Source: Candidatus Marinacidobacterales bacterium (GTDB lineage: Bacteria > Acidobacteriota > Vicinamibacteria > Marinacidobacterales > SMYC01). From it: a DNA stretch of 64,000 nt. The stretch is from NCBI GenBank assembly GCA_965237955.1, contig OZ250169.1, positions 384,001 to 448,000 of the forward strand. The letters run 5' to 3'. Positions 20,788 through 30,766 of this stretch are shown in pieces. The notes beneath the pieces were generated by a model. The model was not told the origin of the DNA. It saw nothing but the letters and a program-made list of their open reading frames with translations, and did not search any database. A program made the position numbers and the translations under genes. Numbering within the stretch: position 1 is the first letter of the stretch; every line of letters begins with the position of its first letter.

Positions 20788-21252
20788 GTCTCCCCTCGCT
20801 TCGGCGGGGGGAGTGGATTGAAACCTCAAAGGCCTGCTCAACACATTGACTACCCCGGGGCTCCCCTCGCTTCGGCGGGGGGAGTGGATTGAAACCTCAA
20901 AGGCCTGCTCAACACATTGACTACCCCGGGTCTCCCCTCGCTTCGGCAGGGGAGTGGATTGAAACGTCACGGAAGTCGTGACCGCCGGGAACCTGGCGGC
21001 GTCTCCCCTCGCTTCGGCGGGGGGAGTGGATTGAAACATCAACACTCAGGGCGACTTCATCCACGACATCATGTCTCCCCTCGCTTCGGCGGGGGGAGTG
21101 GATTGAAACCCGTACATCGATCCGTACGGCGGCGATTCGATCATGTCTCCCCTCGCTTCGGCGGGGGGAGTGGATTGAAACGCTTGTTCAGCCTGTTGGC
21201 CGAATTGAAACGGCGGTCTCCCCTCGCTTCGGCGGGGGGAGTGGATTGAAAC
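20788..21252 (+). CRISPR. CRISPR array 2, 37-bp ATTGAAAC-ending repeat, 7 repeats
   Basis: GTCTCCCCTCGCTTCGGCGGGGGGAGTGGATTGAAAC at 20788, 20859, 20930, 21001, 21073, 21145 and 21216; spacers 34-35 bp. Confidence 0.95.
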
Positions 21253-21280
21253 AAACAGCTTCCAGGCACCGTGCCGACCG

Positions 21281-21336
21281 CGTCCTGTGCCAAAACTCGG
21301 CCCTTTTGAAATAGACCATAAATCAGTAGCTTAGTG
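21281..21336 (+). mobile_element. Solo end A truncating CRISPR array 2
   Basis: Follows a 28-bp partial spacer. Confidence 0.88.
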
Positions 21337-21666
21337 CCCCCCGTGAGTATAGATTCATCCGTATTCCGACCACTCCCCAGGCTTCGTGCTGCGATGCAGC
21401 AAACCTGCAAGATGTGCGGCCAGCCAGAAAAATTTGACTTTCATGTTCCCGATGAGGTGTGGCGTTCGGTCGTTCCACCAGAGTATCAGACCCTCGCCGT
21501 CTGCCTGTATTGCTTCGACGAAGAGGCCGCCACGAAGGGTGTAGACTTCACGGCGGCCCTGACCGAGCTATGTTTCGCTGGGCGCGCCGTCTCTCTTGGT
21601 TTCAAGATTACGCGCGCAGTCAGTGTGGTAGATCAAGAGCAATTGCTAGCGCGCTCTTTATCTTGA
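21334..21666 (+). CDS. Hypothetical protein with two CxxC pairs
   Basis: CKMC...CLYC; likely start near 21394. Confidence 0.5.
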   Translation: MPPVSIDSSVFRPLPRLRAAMQQTCKMCGQPEKFDFHVPDEVWRSVVPPEYQTLAVCLYCFDEEAATKGVDFTAALTELCFAGRAVSLGFKITRAVSVVDQEQLLARSLS

Positions 21667-21809
21667 CACTGGTTACATAACTCACCAGACGTCGGATTAC
21701 TCCACTTTTCTTCGTAGTTGCGCGTCGGCCAGTTCGAGCAATTGGTGCAGAAGTGCCAAGTGTCATAGGCTGGTGGGTCTAATCAAGTCAAGTGTTATAT
21801 ATAATCCCC

Positions 21810-21841
21810 ATTTCAAAAGGGCCGAGTTTTGGCACAGGACG
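21810..21841 (-). mobile_element. Solo end A
   Basis: TTTCAAAAGGGCCGAGTTTTGGCACAGGACG. Confidence 0.85.
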
Positions 21842-22019
21842 CGGTGCCTCACCCGTTCGAAGCAAACAAGATTCCATTGTTACTGAGAATATTGCGTGAG
21901 TACGTTCACAATGAGCCGCTGTACCGACCAAGTTCAACAGGGCGCGGGACATCCTCTTGATAGGACACGATCAGTGCTACGCTCAGTAAACCTTCAGCCT
22001 CAGCCGCCTAAAGTTTCCA

Positions 22020-22100
22020 AAGCGCTCGCCCCCCGCCCCCCTCTCAAGTGGGCCGGCGGCAAGAGATGGCAGGTTCGCCACCTGATTGACGTCTGGCGCG
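22020..22100 (+). pseudogene. N-terminal scrap of a Dam-like DNA adenine methylase
   Basis: PRPPLKWAGGKRWQVRHL, then unrelated sequence. Confidence 0.6.
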
Positions 22101-22267
22101 CCGAAAGCCGTGAGCACAATCCCGGAAAGCGCACCATCGGCTGTGATGGAACCTTGCTCGTCGAAACGACGCACGAGAATGGCCAGAAATTTCAGGGATG
22201 CCGCACTGCCCGGTTGGTGGGAGCCTTTCTCTGAGTTGATGCAGTGCGGCATCCCCGTCGCCACCAA

Positions 22268-22783
22268 TCAGAGGGAATCGGGGTTTCGGTTTTGGTGGCG
22301 TTCGAGTCTTTCTTTCATGTGCTGCCGGCGCTCTTCCATCTTGGCTTTGCGCTCGGCTTTCAACTGGGCGAGCTTTTGCCGTTGCTCGTCCGTCAAAACG
22401 CTCTCGATCTTCTGCTGCAGTTGCTTCCGTTCAATGGCGGCCGCTGCCTCGGCTTCACCGAGTTGATAGGCGAGATTCTGGATCTCTCCGTCGTCCGCAA
22501 GGATTTCGACGGCATCATTGAGCGCTTTGCGGCGCTCCGCGACACGCTTCATGTTTCCGGTCGCGCGCACCTCCTCGAAGAGCGCACGCACATCGCCACG
22601 CTGTGCCTCCGAGAGGTCGAGCTCCCTTAGCGCTCGCATGTCGCCGCCCCGGCCTCCGTGGCCCCGACGACCAAGACTGCGACCTTCGCCCGACTGCGCC
22701 AGGCCCAGGCAGGGCAGCGCGAACAGGCTTCCGACGAGAGCGATCCAGACTAACTTCTGACTAACGTTTTTCTTTTGCATCAT
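22268..22783 (-). CDS. Spy/CpxP-family periplasmic protein
   Basis: Signal peptide, LDLSEAQR and VLTDEQR (LTxxQ) motifs; divergent from a histidine kinase. Confidence 0.85.
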   Translation of the reverse strand: MMQKKNVSQKLVWIALVGSLFALPCLGLAQSGEGRSLGRRGHGGRGGDMRALRELDLSEAQRGDVRALFEEVRATGNMKRVAERRKALNDAVEILADDGEIQNLAYQLGEAEAAAAIERKQLQQKIESVLTDEQRQKLAQLKAERKAKMEERRQHMKERLERHQNRNPDSL

Positions 22784-22928
22784 CTTCCTTCTCTCCGGCT
22801 CCACACCCGGTCTTGTCACGGTTCAATACTAGCGAATCGCGAGCTCCGAGTTATCAAGTCGGCGAAAAGGATTTGTTAAGGATGTAAAAGCTCGGGGGGC
22901 GGGCCCCAGGGCTGTTCTATAATGGGTC

Positions 22929-24291
22929 ATGGGAAGCTTCAAGGGGTGCAGGGCGTACATTCTACCCCTCGGCCTCCTCGTGCTTCTGGCTATTCTGGCT
23001 ACGCTCCAGTACCGCTGGACGGGTCAGATCAGTGCCGCGGAGAGGGAGCGTGTACAGGCGAGTCTGCGGTCCTCGACGTTCCTGTTTTCGAGAGACGTCA
23101 ACGAGCAGCTCATTGGCCTGTTCCGCGCTTTTCATGTGGAGAGCGATCGGGAGCTCGGCGCGAACTTGTTCGCGCGACTGGATCGATGGCGCACAGAGTC
23201 GAACTATCCCGATCTCGTACATCACGTCTACGTCGTCCGCCCTGACGAGGGCGAGCCTAGCTTGCTCGAGCTCCAGGGAGATGAGCTTCGTTCGACGACG
23301 TGGCCGGACGAGCTCTCGCGACTGCGCGCTCAGGTGGAGCATGTCGAAGACCGCGACGCGGATGGGCCCAGGCGGCGCCTGGCTCACCTGCCGGTACTCC
23401 TGGACGAACCTCCGTGCCTCGGTTTTCCCATCGGGTCACCACGAGACGGCTGGCCTCGAACGGCTCCTCGTGGACACGTCCTCGTCCTGTTACGTGAAGA
23501 CGTTCTGCGAGAGGACATTCTCCCCGAGCTCTGGGCCCGATACTTCGGTCCCGAGTTCGACGTCGTCGTCCTCAATCGGGACGACAAGGTGGTCTTCGCG
23601 TCATCTGAGGTCGAGGCGTCCACCTTGGTTGCTTCGGCAGACGCCGAAGCGCCGCTGTTCTCGCCTAGAAGCTACTTCGCGGACCTAGCTCCCGGAGAAG
23701 GCCCAGAGCCTCGGCGCCCGCGGGCGGGAGCGCGGGAGCGGCGGAGACCTTCTGCCGGATTTCGCGCGTCCTTTAGAGACGCCGGACGGGAGCTCATGGA
23801 AGGCCGATGGCGCCTGTTCGTCCGACACCGAGCCGGCTCCCTCGATGCGGCAGTCGCAGCGGCACGTTACCGAAATCTAGCCGTGAGCTTTGCTGTCATG
23901 GGGCTCCTAGTCCCCTGGATCTTTGATTACTATACAAAGTTAGGCTTTTCGCCAGCCCATAAGATTCATAAGATTCATGCACTTAGAAGGGTTTCGGCAA
24001 GCTCTGCTTTATCTAGTTTGTTCTGATACAGGGGACTAGCGGCAAGCGTCGTGCTTGCCAGCATTTCTTCACAGAGGGCGACGGAGCTCACCGAGCGCAA
24101 GATGGAGTTCGTCGCTGGCGTGTCGCACGAGCTGCGAACGCCCGTCGCCGTCATTCGCTCGGCGGGGCAGAACTTGGCAGATGGTTCCGTCTCCGAGCCG
24201 TCGCGGGTCGCGCACTATGGGAGCGTCATTGAGTCGGAGGGACGACGACTCGAAGATCTTCTCGAGCAAGTGCTGGAGCTTGCCGGGATCC
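22929..24291 (+). pseudogene. Sensor histidine kinase interrupted by a MITE and 3'-truncated at end A
   Basis: Two TM segments, H-box FVAGVSHELRTPV; frame restored by removing 23911-24039; HATPase domain absent. Confidence 0.88.
23907..24039. mobile_element. AT-rich MITE E bounded by CTAG, copy 1
   Basis: CTAGTCCCCTGGATC...GATACAGGGGACTAG; inverted copy at 62573-62705. Confidence 0.88.
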
Positions 24292-24414
24292 CGTCCTGTG
24301 CCAAAACTCGGCCCTTTTGAAATAGACCATAAATCAGCAGTTTAGTGTCTGTGTTTGCGACCGGGCCAAGGCGGCGCAAGGGTCGTGAGTTCGTTTGTGT
24401 TTTTGGACACGACG
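24292..24414. mobile_element. Hybrid miniature element: end A + inverted lineage B end
   Basis: CGTCCTGTGCCAAAA...TTTTTGGACACGACG, 123 bp. Confidence 0.75.
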
Positions 24415-24549
24415 GGCAACACCGCGCTCCAAGAGATGAGCGAATCCGCGACAACGAATCCAGGAAGTCCGCAACGGACGCCACAGGAAACCCGGTACAG
24501 CAGGAAACCCGGAACTCGGGAAACCCAGAGAGTGAAGGGAGAGCCTATA

Positions 24550-24741
24550 TCAGAAGAGCGTATAGATGAAGGGCGCAGCTCCGCTTCCGCTGAGAAAGAC
24601 GAGAAAGCCGAGTCCGAGGATGACGACGAGGATGGGCAGCAGCCACCACTTCTTGTTGTATTTCAGGAAGTCCCGAAACTCGGAGGCGAGACTCTGGCGG
24701 TCTTCCTGAGCGAGCTGAGCCAGATCGTCGTCTTTTGGCAC
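24550..24741 (-). CDS. DUF5989/SxtK-like small membrane protein
   Basis: FLKYNKKWWLLPI...APFIYTLF. Confidence 0.85.
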   Translation of the reverse strand: MPKDDDLAQLAQEDRQSLASEFRDFLKYNKKWWLLPILVVILGLGFLVFLSGSGAAPFIYTLF

Positions 24742-24760
24742 CAACGTGTCCTCCCGTCCG

Positions 24761-25201
24761 CTAAAACTGACGGAAATAGTCCTTTTTGTCAAAAGCCTCC
24801 GGCAGATCGACCCAGTAGCTTTTCTGTTCGGGTTTCCACCGGCGCGTGAGGGGATCGCGACCGATCAGCCGAAAGAACAGTGCGATGGGCGTCAGTAGCC
24901 CGTAGAAAAGACCCGCGAGCACAACGTGCGAGAGGACCCATCCGATGGGAAAGGTCACGACCCCGAGAAGGACGAACAGCGGTCGGTTGGCGGCGGGCTT
25001 CAGCAGGGAGAACGTACCCGAAAGCAATCCGAGCCCCCACAAAACGTACGCCGTCGGCCGCGCCGCAGAGCCAAGCGCCACGCCGAAGATACTTCCCTTC
25101 CAGAGGATCAGGCCACCGAGGAGCGCAAAAGCTCCCAGAGCGATGAACCCGAACTGCCGTAGTTGCCGGCTCGATGGGTCGAGAGTTAGCTGGACGATCA
25201 T
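24761..25201 (-). CDS. SxtJ-family membrane protein
   Basis: LRQFG, FYGLLTPI...GRDPL, SYW...YFRQF. Confidence 0.85.
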   Translation of the reverse strand: MIVQLTLDPSSRQLRQFGFIALGAFALLGGLILWKGSIFGVALGSAARPTAYVLWGLGLLSGTFSLLKPAANRPLFVLLGVVTFPIGWVLSHVVLAGLFYGLLTPIALFFRLIGRDPLTRRWKPEQKSYWVDLPEAFDKKDYFRQF

Positions 25202-25204
25202 GAT

Positions 25205-27037
25205 CTAGTCCAGCTGGAACCGTGCCAGATACATGTCGATTTCGTGCCGGGTGGCTTGCGGCTGGTCGTCCTTCTCAAGGAGGACGTTCCCGATGACGAG
25301 CGCATCCATGTTGGTGGCCATGAAGCAACGATAGGCGTCCTCCGGCGTACACACGATCGGCTCTCCCCTCACGTTGAAGCTTGTATTGATGATCACCGGG
25401 CACCCCGTCCTCCCATGGAACCGCTCCAGCAGGCGATAGAAACGAGGGTGGCGCTTCGGATCGACGGTCTGGACTCGCGCCGAATAGTCCACATGGGTGA
25501 CCGCGGGAACCACCGAGCGCGCCTGCTTCAACTTCTCGAGCCCTTGTGCGCCGTCTCCGTTGACCGGGAACCGTTTGTCGGCGCGAACCGGGGCGACTAG
25601 CAGCATATAGGGGCTGTCTTCGTCGGGACGCGTTTCGAAGTACTCATCGACTTTGTCTCTAAGCACGGACGGAGCAAAGGGCCGAAACGACTCGCGGAAC
25701 TTGATCTTCAGGTTCATGAGCGACTGCATCTCGCGAGAGCGGGCATCGCCGAGGATGGACCGGCTTCCCAGTGCCCGTGGCCCGAACTCCATCCGGCCTT
25801 CCATGTGCCCGACCACCTGCTCCGAGTCGACCAGCGCGACCAGCGTCTCTACCAGCTCGTCCTCGGATTCGAAGTAGCGGTAGACGGCACCGGCACTGTC
25901 CAGAAACGTCTCTATCTCGTCCCGGGAGTAGCTCGGGCCGAGTAGCGAGCCCTTCTGGTAGTCACCCTCCTGCAGAGGCTCCCGTGCCTTGTCGAGAAGC
26001 TGGTGCCAGACGAAGAGTGCCGCGCCGAGCGCCCCACCGGCGTCGCCCGCGGCCGGCTGGATCCAAACGTTCTCGAAGGGGCCCTCCCGCAGAATCCGGC
26101 CGTTGCCCACGCAATTGAGCGCGACGCCGCCCGCCATGACCAGATTCGGCAGGCCGGTCAGCTCGTGCGCGTAGCGTGCCGCCCGAAGCATGATGTCCTC
26201 CGTGACCTCCTGGATGGAGGCCGCGATGTCCATCTCGCGCTGAGTGAGCGGACCCTCCGCCGCTCTCGGTGGCCCGCCAAGGAGCCGATCCATCTTCGAG
26301 GAGGTCATCACCCCCTTGTAGCAGAAGGCAAAGTAGGACATGTTCATCCGGAAGGATCCGTCGGGCCTGAGGTCGATCAACTTCTCACGCATCAGATCGG
26401 CATAGCGAGGCTCGCCGTAGGGAGCCAGCCCCATGAGCTTGTACTCGCCGCTGTTCACTCTGAACCCGCAGAAGTACGTGAAGGCCGAGTAGAGCAGTCC
26501 GAGAGAGTGCGGAAAGCGAAGCTCCTTCAGGAGTCGAATCCGGTTCCCGTCGCCGATCCCGATACTGCCCGTCGACCACTCGCCGACGCCGTCGAGTGTC
26601 AGGATGGCCGCTTGCTCGAAGGGAGAGGGAAAGAAAGCACTCGCGGCGTGGGATTCGTGGTGCCGCGTGAACAGATACCGCTTCCGATAGCGCCCCTCGA
26701 GCCCCCGGTCGAGCTCGTGAGGCGTTCGCAGCTTCTGTTTCAGCCACAGCGGGAGACCCTTGAGGAACAGCTTGAACCCTCGCGGCGCATAGGCAAGATA
26801 CGTCTCCAGGATACGGTCGAATTTCAACAGAGGCTTGTCGTAGAAAACGACCAGGTCCATGTCCGCTGCCGAAAGTCCACCTTCCTTCAGGCAGTAGTCG
26901 ACCGCGTGTTTCGGAAAGCTGTAGTCGTGCTTTCTTCGCGTGAATCGCTCCTCCTGAGCGGCGGCCACGATGTCGCCATCCTGCACGAGGCAGGCGGCGC
27001 TGTCATGATAGAAGGCTGAGATTCCGAGTATGTTCAT
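25205..27037 (-). CDS. Carbamoyltransferase, NodU/CmcH family
   Basis: ILGISAFYHDSAA, QEERFTR, HHESHAASAF, GEYKLMGLAPYG, FGPRALGSRS, NTSFNVRGEP. Confidence 0.95.
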   Translation of the reverse strand: MNILGISAFYHDSAACLVQDGDIVAAAQEERFTRRKHDYSFPKHAVDYCLKEGGLSAADMDLVVFYDKPLLKFDRILETYLAYAPRGFKLFLKGLPLWLKQKLRTPHELDRGLEGRYRKRYLFTRHHESHAASAFFPSPFEQAAILTLDGVGEWSTGSIGIGDGNRIRLLKELRFPHSLGLLYSAFTYFCGFRVNSGEYKLMGLAPYGEPRYADLMREKLIDLRPDGSFRMNMSYFAFCYKGVMTSSKMDRLLGGPPRAAEGPLTQREMDIAASIQEVTEDIMLRAARYAHELTGLPNLVMAGGVALNCVGNGRILREGPFENVWIQPAAGDAGGALGAALFVWHQLLDKAREPLQEGDYQKGSLLGPSYSRDEIETFLDSAGAVYRYFESEDELVETLVALVDSEQVVGHMEGRMEFGPRALGSRSILGDARSREMQSLMNLKIKFRESFRPFAPSVLRDKVDEYFETRPDEDSPYMLLVAPVRADKRFPVNGDGAQGLEKLKQARSVVPAVTHVDYSARVQTVDPKRHPRFYRLLERFHGRTGCPVIINTSFNVRGEPIVCTPEDAYRCFMATNMDALVIGNVLLEKDDQPQATRHEIDMYLARFQLD

Positions 27038-27120
27038 GACTTTGGCAATCTTCGAGCATAAATCACGGCGCCGGACCGAGCGGTTGTGATCCACAAAAAG
27101 GAAGATCGCGTCCTGTGCGG

Positions 27121-27240
27121 TGCCGCCGCCATTGAGTGTTGGTGAGATAACGCTAAGACTTTACGCTGCATTAAATTACAGCCAAAATAGCGCTCGCGAC
27201 CTTCGCCGCGCACTAAATGGAGCGTAAGCGCTTTTTTTGG
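27121..27240 (-). mobile_element. Partial MITE D, preceded by a 10-bp stub of end A (27109-27118)
   Basis: Reverse complement of about 1151-1268. Confidence 0.7.
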
Positions 27241-27306
27241 GTACTTTCGAGTGAACGAACGATTTCGGTCACTCCCCGATGACCTCCGCCCGCACGGGCG
27301 GTGCCA

Positions 27307-27425
27307 TTGCTGTCAAGTTGAGGCATTCAGGGCCGATCCGACCCCAAGATGTTGGCAACACCGTGCGCTCAAGCCCCATCATCTAGCGGCCCGCTTCGAG
27401 CTTGAGACTTCAACTTGACAATACC
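27307..27425. mobile_element. Miniature IS6-end element
   Basis: TGTCAAGTTGAG...CAACTTGACAATACC matches the IS6 TIRs at 35960 and 36765. Confidence 0.55.
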
Positions 27426-27591
27426 TCCGACATTCTTAATTGGACGCGATGGTGTTTGCCGGCACACGCAGGCCAACTGACACTAGCATTCAAATGCCTC
27501 TAGCAGTGTAGCAATACTTGATGGCAGAAGCACCGCGATCGCTCGGGTCGAAGGCCTCGCCTGGAACACCGTCCTGCGCACGAGCACGCGT

Positions 27592-28824
27592 TCAGCTCTC
27601 GTCGTTGAGAACCGTCACACGCGTTCTCGATTCCTTCGAGAGGCGCTTCCGATTCTTCACGCAGCAGCGAAACCAGTCTGCCATGCGTTGACCGACGATC
27701 TCGTGCCCCCGATTGTTGAGGTGGGTGTCCCCGGCCACAAACAAACGCTCGTTGGTGTCCCTGACATGTGCGCGTAGAATCGGGAGCAGGTCGAGATAGG
27801 GGATATCCCGGGCGCGCGCAAATACCTGAAGGTACGCCTGCGGGAAGCCGATATCGTAGTCGGATCCGGTTTCCGCCCGTGCGTGGACCTGCTCCGACAT
27901 GGGGAGGGTGACGATGGCCAGGTGGGCACGATGTTCCCACAGAAGGGAATCCATGCGCGCCAGCGTCGCGACAACCGCATCCTTGGCTGCAAGCGCCGGT
28001 TCGGGATACGGGTATTGGGACCAGAACGTATACATGGTGAAATTCCGATTCACGGAGAACTCGATACACAGGTTCTCAAGCCCGAGCCACGGGGACATCA
28101 AGCGAAAAGAGCTGAGCCCCTGGAGCCACCGCTGCGGTCCCGGCGCAAGTGCACAAGGAGCGGACACCGTCGTATCATTGACGAGAGCTTCGGCCGGAAC
28201 AAGAGCTCGTACCTTTGTGTCTTGGAGCTCGGCGGCGCCGTCGACGATCGACTCCTTGTCGATGCCGAGATAGGTGTCTCGGAAATCGTTTCCCGCGAAC
28301 ACGACGACGATGACGTAACTGGGAGAGAAATCCAACACCTGCTCCCGAAGAAGCAGCTCTTCTTCGGCAAGGCCGTAGCCGCCGACACCGAAGTTCAATA
28401 CCTCCCAGCGCTCCGGTGAAACGTTCTTGTCGAACGTGCCCACAAAACTCTCTTCGTAGCCATCCGCCCATGAACCAAACGTGAACGAGTCTCCCAGGAA
28501 GGCGATCCGACGCCGTCCATCGTTCTTTCGGATGGTCACGTCGCGCCAATGCATGCCGTGACGGTTGGTTCGGATGCGGACCTCTCGCCCGTCGATGCGT
28601 GTGACCAAGTCGATGTCTGGTTTGAGTCTGTAGGAGCCGATCCCGTTGGGATTGGTTGTCAATAGATCCAACCGTTCCCGCCGTTGGGGTCTGTCGCTTC
28701 GTTGGCTTTCGATGATCCGAGCTCCAAACTCGAACAGGACGAGTGACACGAACAGGCTTGCTCCGAGCGAGACGGCGATGAACGCCATGCGCCGCGCTCT
28801 CGGAATATTGCTGGGTTCAGCCAT
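27592..28824 (-). CDS. SGNH/GDSL-fold (AlgJ/AlgX-like) O-acyltransferase or esterase
   Basis: N-terminal TM, LGDSFTFG, LNFGVGGYG, GND, DTHLN. Confidence 0.85.
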   Translation of the reverse strand: MAEPSNIPRARRMAFIAVSLGASLFVSLVLFEFGARIIESQRSDRPQRRERLDLLTTNPNGIGSYRLKPDIDLVTRIDGREVRIRTNRHGMHWRDVTIRKNDGRRRIAFLGDSFTFGSWADGYEESFVGTFDKNVSPERWEVLNFGVGGYGLAEEELLLREQVLDFSPSYVIVVVFAGNDFRDTYLGIDKESIVDGAAELQDTKVRALVPAEALVNDTTVSAPCALAPGPQRWLQGLSSFRLMSPWLGLENLCIEFSVNRNFTMYTFWSQYPYPEPALAAKDAVVATLARMDSLLWEHRAHLAIVTLPMSEQVHARAETGSDYDIGFPQAYLQVFARARDIPYLDLLPILRAHVRDTNERLFVAGDTHLNNRGHEIVGQRMADWFRCCVKNRKRLSKESRTRVTVLNDES

Positions 28825-29030
28825 GGGTAGTTGAAACGAATAGGCAATTCTATCCTTCGTGAGTTCGAGAAACGAATCCAGTTCTACGCTGTGATGACGA
28901 GCCGACCGTGAGAGTGGGGGCCCACGCCGTTGGGCACCTCGTCCTGTGCCAAAACTCGGCTGTGCCTTCTATTTATTCATCCGCGCGCACCGAACTTGAT
29001 TAATCTCCGGTCTGCCAGCACCATGCCGGT

Positions 29031-29371
29031 ATGATTTCGTCGTTTGTTCCCGCTCTCATCTCTGCCTTCAAGGCTCGTCGCGAGCTGGCTCTCGAGAATG
29101 TCGCTCTTCGGCAGCAGCTCGCCGTCCTCCGCCGTTCGGTGAAACGGTCGCGGCTCTCGAATGTCGACCGCGGGTTTTGGGTGCTGTTGCGCAGAATCTG
29201 GACTGATTGGGCGAGCGTCCTCGTCATCGTGAAACCTGAGACGGTCGTCCGCTGGCACCGTTGTGGGTTCAGACGATATTGGACTTGGAAGAGCCGACGG
29301 CGTAGGCCCGGACGACCAGGCGTCGCTCCCGAAATACGTGAGCTGATACGGAACATGAGCAGGGCCAACCC
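29031..29371 (+). pseudogene. rve transposase N-terminal fragment (ENxALRQQL type), cut by the lineage B IS
   Basis: LALENVALRQQL...VKPETVVRWHR...MSRANP, then TIR; preceded by an end A stub at 28940-28960. Confidence 0.82.
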
Positions 29372-30719
29372 CGTCCTGTCCGAAAACGCGAACGGAGCGG
29401 CAAGGTCGAATCCTAGAGGCGTTCTCAAAACTCGAGGAGACCAGCCGACGCGGTACTGGCTCTGCGATAGGCGACCCCGAGCAGACCTCTCCTCCAGACC
29501 ATCCGTTCCGTCCAACTGGCGCGCCCGAACTCCTATGCGGCGTCGCGGTGGTAATAGCTGAGCAAGCCGCCCAATCGCTTACGACATCGCACCTTCCCGT
29601 GAGGACTGCCGACGCATTCTTCCGCTTCGAGCAACGCGTTCCCGAGCCCTTGATGGTTGCGCTCTCCGTGATAATGATGGATGAACTCAGCGACGGCACG
29701 GCGCAGCGATTGCTCACTGAAGAAGATCATCCGCTCCAAGCACTCGCTCTTGATCGACAAAACAAACCTTTCGACATAAGCGTTCAGATTCGGCGAACGG
29801 TGCGGCAGCCGAATGACGTCCGTTCCGGCGTGCTCGAGCAAATCGCGAAACTCCGTGGTGAACTTCTTGTCGCGGTCCAGGATGAGGAATCGCTTGCCGC
29901 GCAGAAAGCCGTCGAATGGGTCGGTGAGATTCCGACCGACCTGCATCATAAACGGGCCATCTGGTCCCGGAGTGATTCCGGCAATGTGTACTTTTCGCGA
30001 AGACAGCTCGATGACGACAAGCACATAGTAGGTCACGAGCCTGCGAACTGTGGCGACCTCGACGGTGAAGAAGTCGGTCGCAGCAACGGTTTCCCAATGG
30101 GCGGCGAGAAACGTGCGCCATGGCGTTCGCTTACTTCGCTCCGGCGCGGGCTCGATGCCATGTTCTCGCAGAATATTGGCGATGGTGCTCCTGGCTACCG
30201 TATGGCCGAGATTCGAGAGGGCGCCGCGAATGCGTGTATACCCCCACCTCGGATTCGACTTCGCCATCCCTACGACAAGCTTGCTAATCTCGGCCATGAC
30301 CCGGGGCCGTCCGGGCTGTTTCCGCCGCTCGCTGTAGTCCCACTTCCGCGCAATCAGCCTTCGGTGCCAAGCCAGCAGGGTTTCCGGTGTGACGATACCG
30401 GCGACTTCTGCCAAGAGTTTCCGGCCAAGCGCCTTACCCTTTACCGCGAGCCGACGTCGCTCGGCGTCCGTCAGGCGAAGCTTCTTCCCGCGAAGCCGAG
30501 CTTTGAGGACTCTGTTCTCCTCGAGCAAGTAGACGATAGCAGCCTGTTGGTCACGCTGGAGCCAACCAGCGATGGCGACGACCAACAAGGTCAAGGGCTG
30601 GATCGGCGTGCTCATGACCGAGGATTCTAGCTCCCATTGGCCAATCAAGCGTAGATACGTCTATTCCGAAACGTCCCGGCGAGCCGGTCTTGAGTTCGTT
30701 TGTATTTTTGGACACGACG
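29372..30719 (-). mobile_element. Complete rve-IS, lineage B
   Basis: TIRs CGTCCTGTCCGAAAA and CGTCGTGTCCAAAAA enclose one intact transposase; no TSD. Confidence 0.88.
29533..30615 (-). CDS. rve/integrase-core DDE transposase (IS481/IS3-like)
   Basis: [44 protein letters not shown]. Confidence 0.92.
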   Translation of the reverse strand: MSTPIQPLTLLVVAIAGWLQRDQQAAIVYLLEENRVLKARLRGKKLRLTDAERRRLAVKGKALGRKLLAEVAGIVTPETLLAWHRRLIARKWDYSERRKQPGRPRVMAEISKLVVGMAKSNPRWGYTRIRGALSNLGHTVARSTIANILREHGIEPAPERSKRTPWRTFLAAHWETVAATDFFTVEVATVRRLVTYYVLVVIELSSRKVHIAGITPGPDGPFMMQVGRNLTDPFDGFLRGKRFLILDRDKKFTTEFRDLLEHAGTDVIRLPHRSPNLNAYVERFVLSIKSECLERMIFFSEQSLRRAVAEFIHHYHGERNHQGLGNALLEAEECVGSPHGKVRCRKRLGGLLSYYHRDAA

Positions 30720-30766
30720 GGTTTCCACCATTCCCGGAAGGGACACTAACATGGTTCTCGTTTCAG

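Noticed and set aside
20373-21249. ORFs over CRISPR arrays 1 and 2
   Set aside because: They are repeat read-through, not genes
24550-27037. Saxitoxin biosynthesis (sxtIJK-like)
   Set aside because: No other sxt genes are present, and the trio is widespread
29548-30630. Long antisense ORFs (also 36850-38106, 26003-27019, 3948-4721)
   Set aside because: They are shadow frames of well-supported genes in GC-rich DNA
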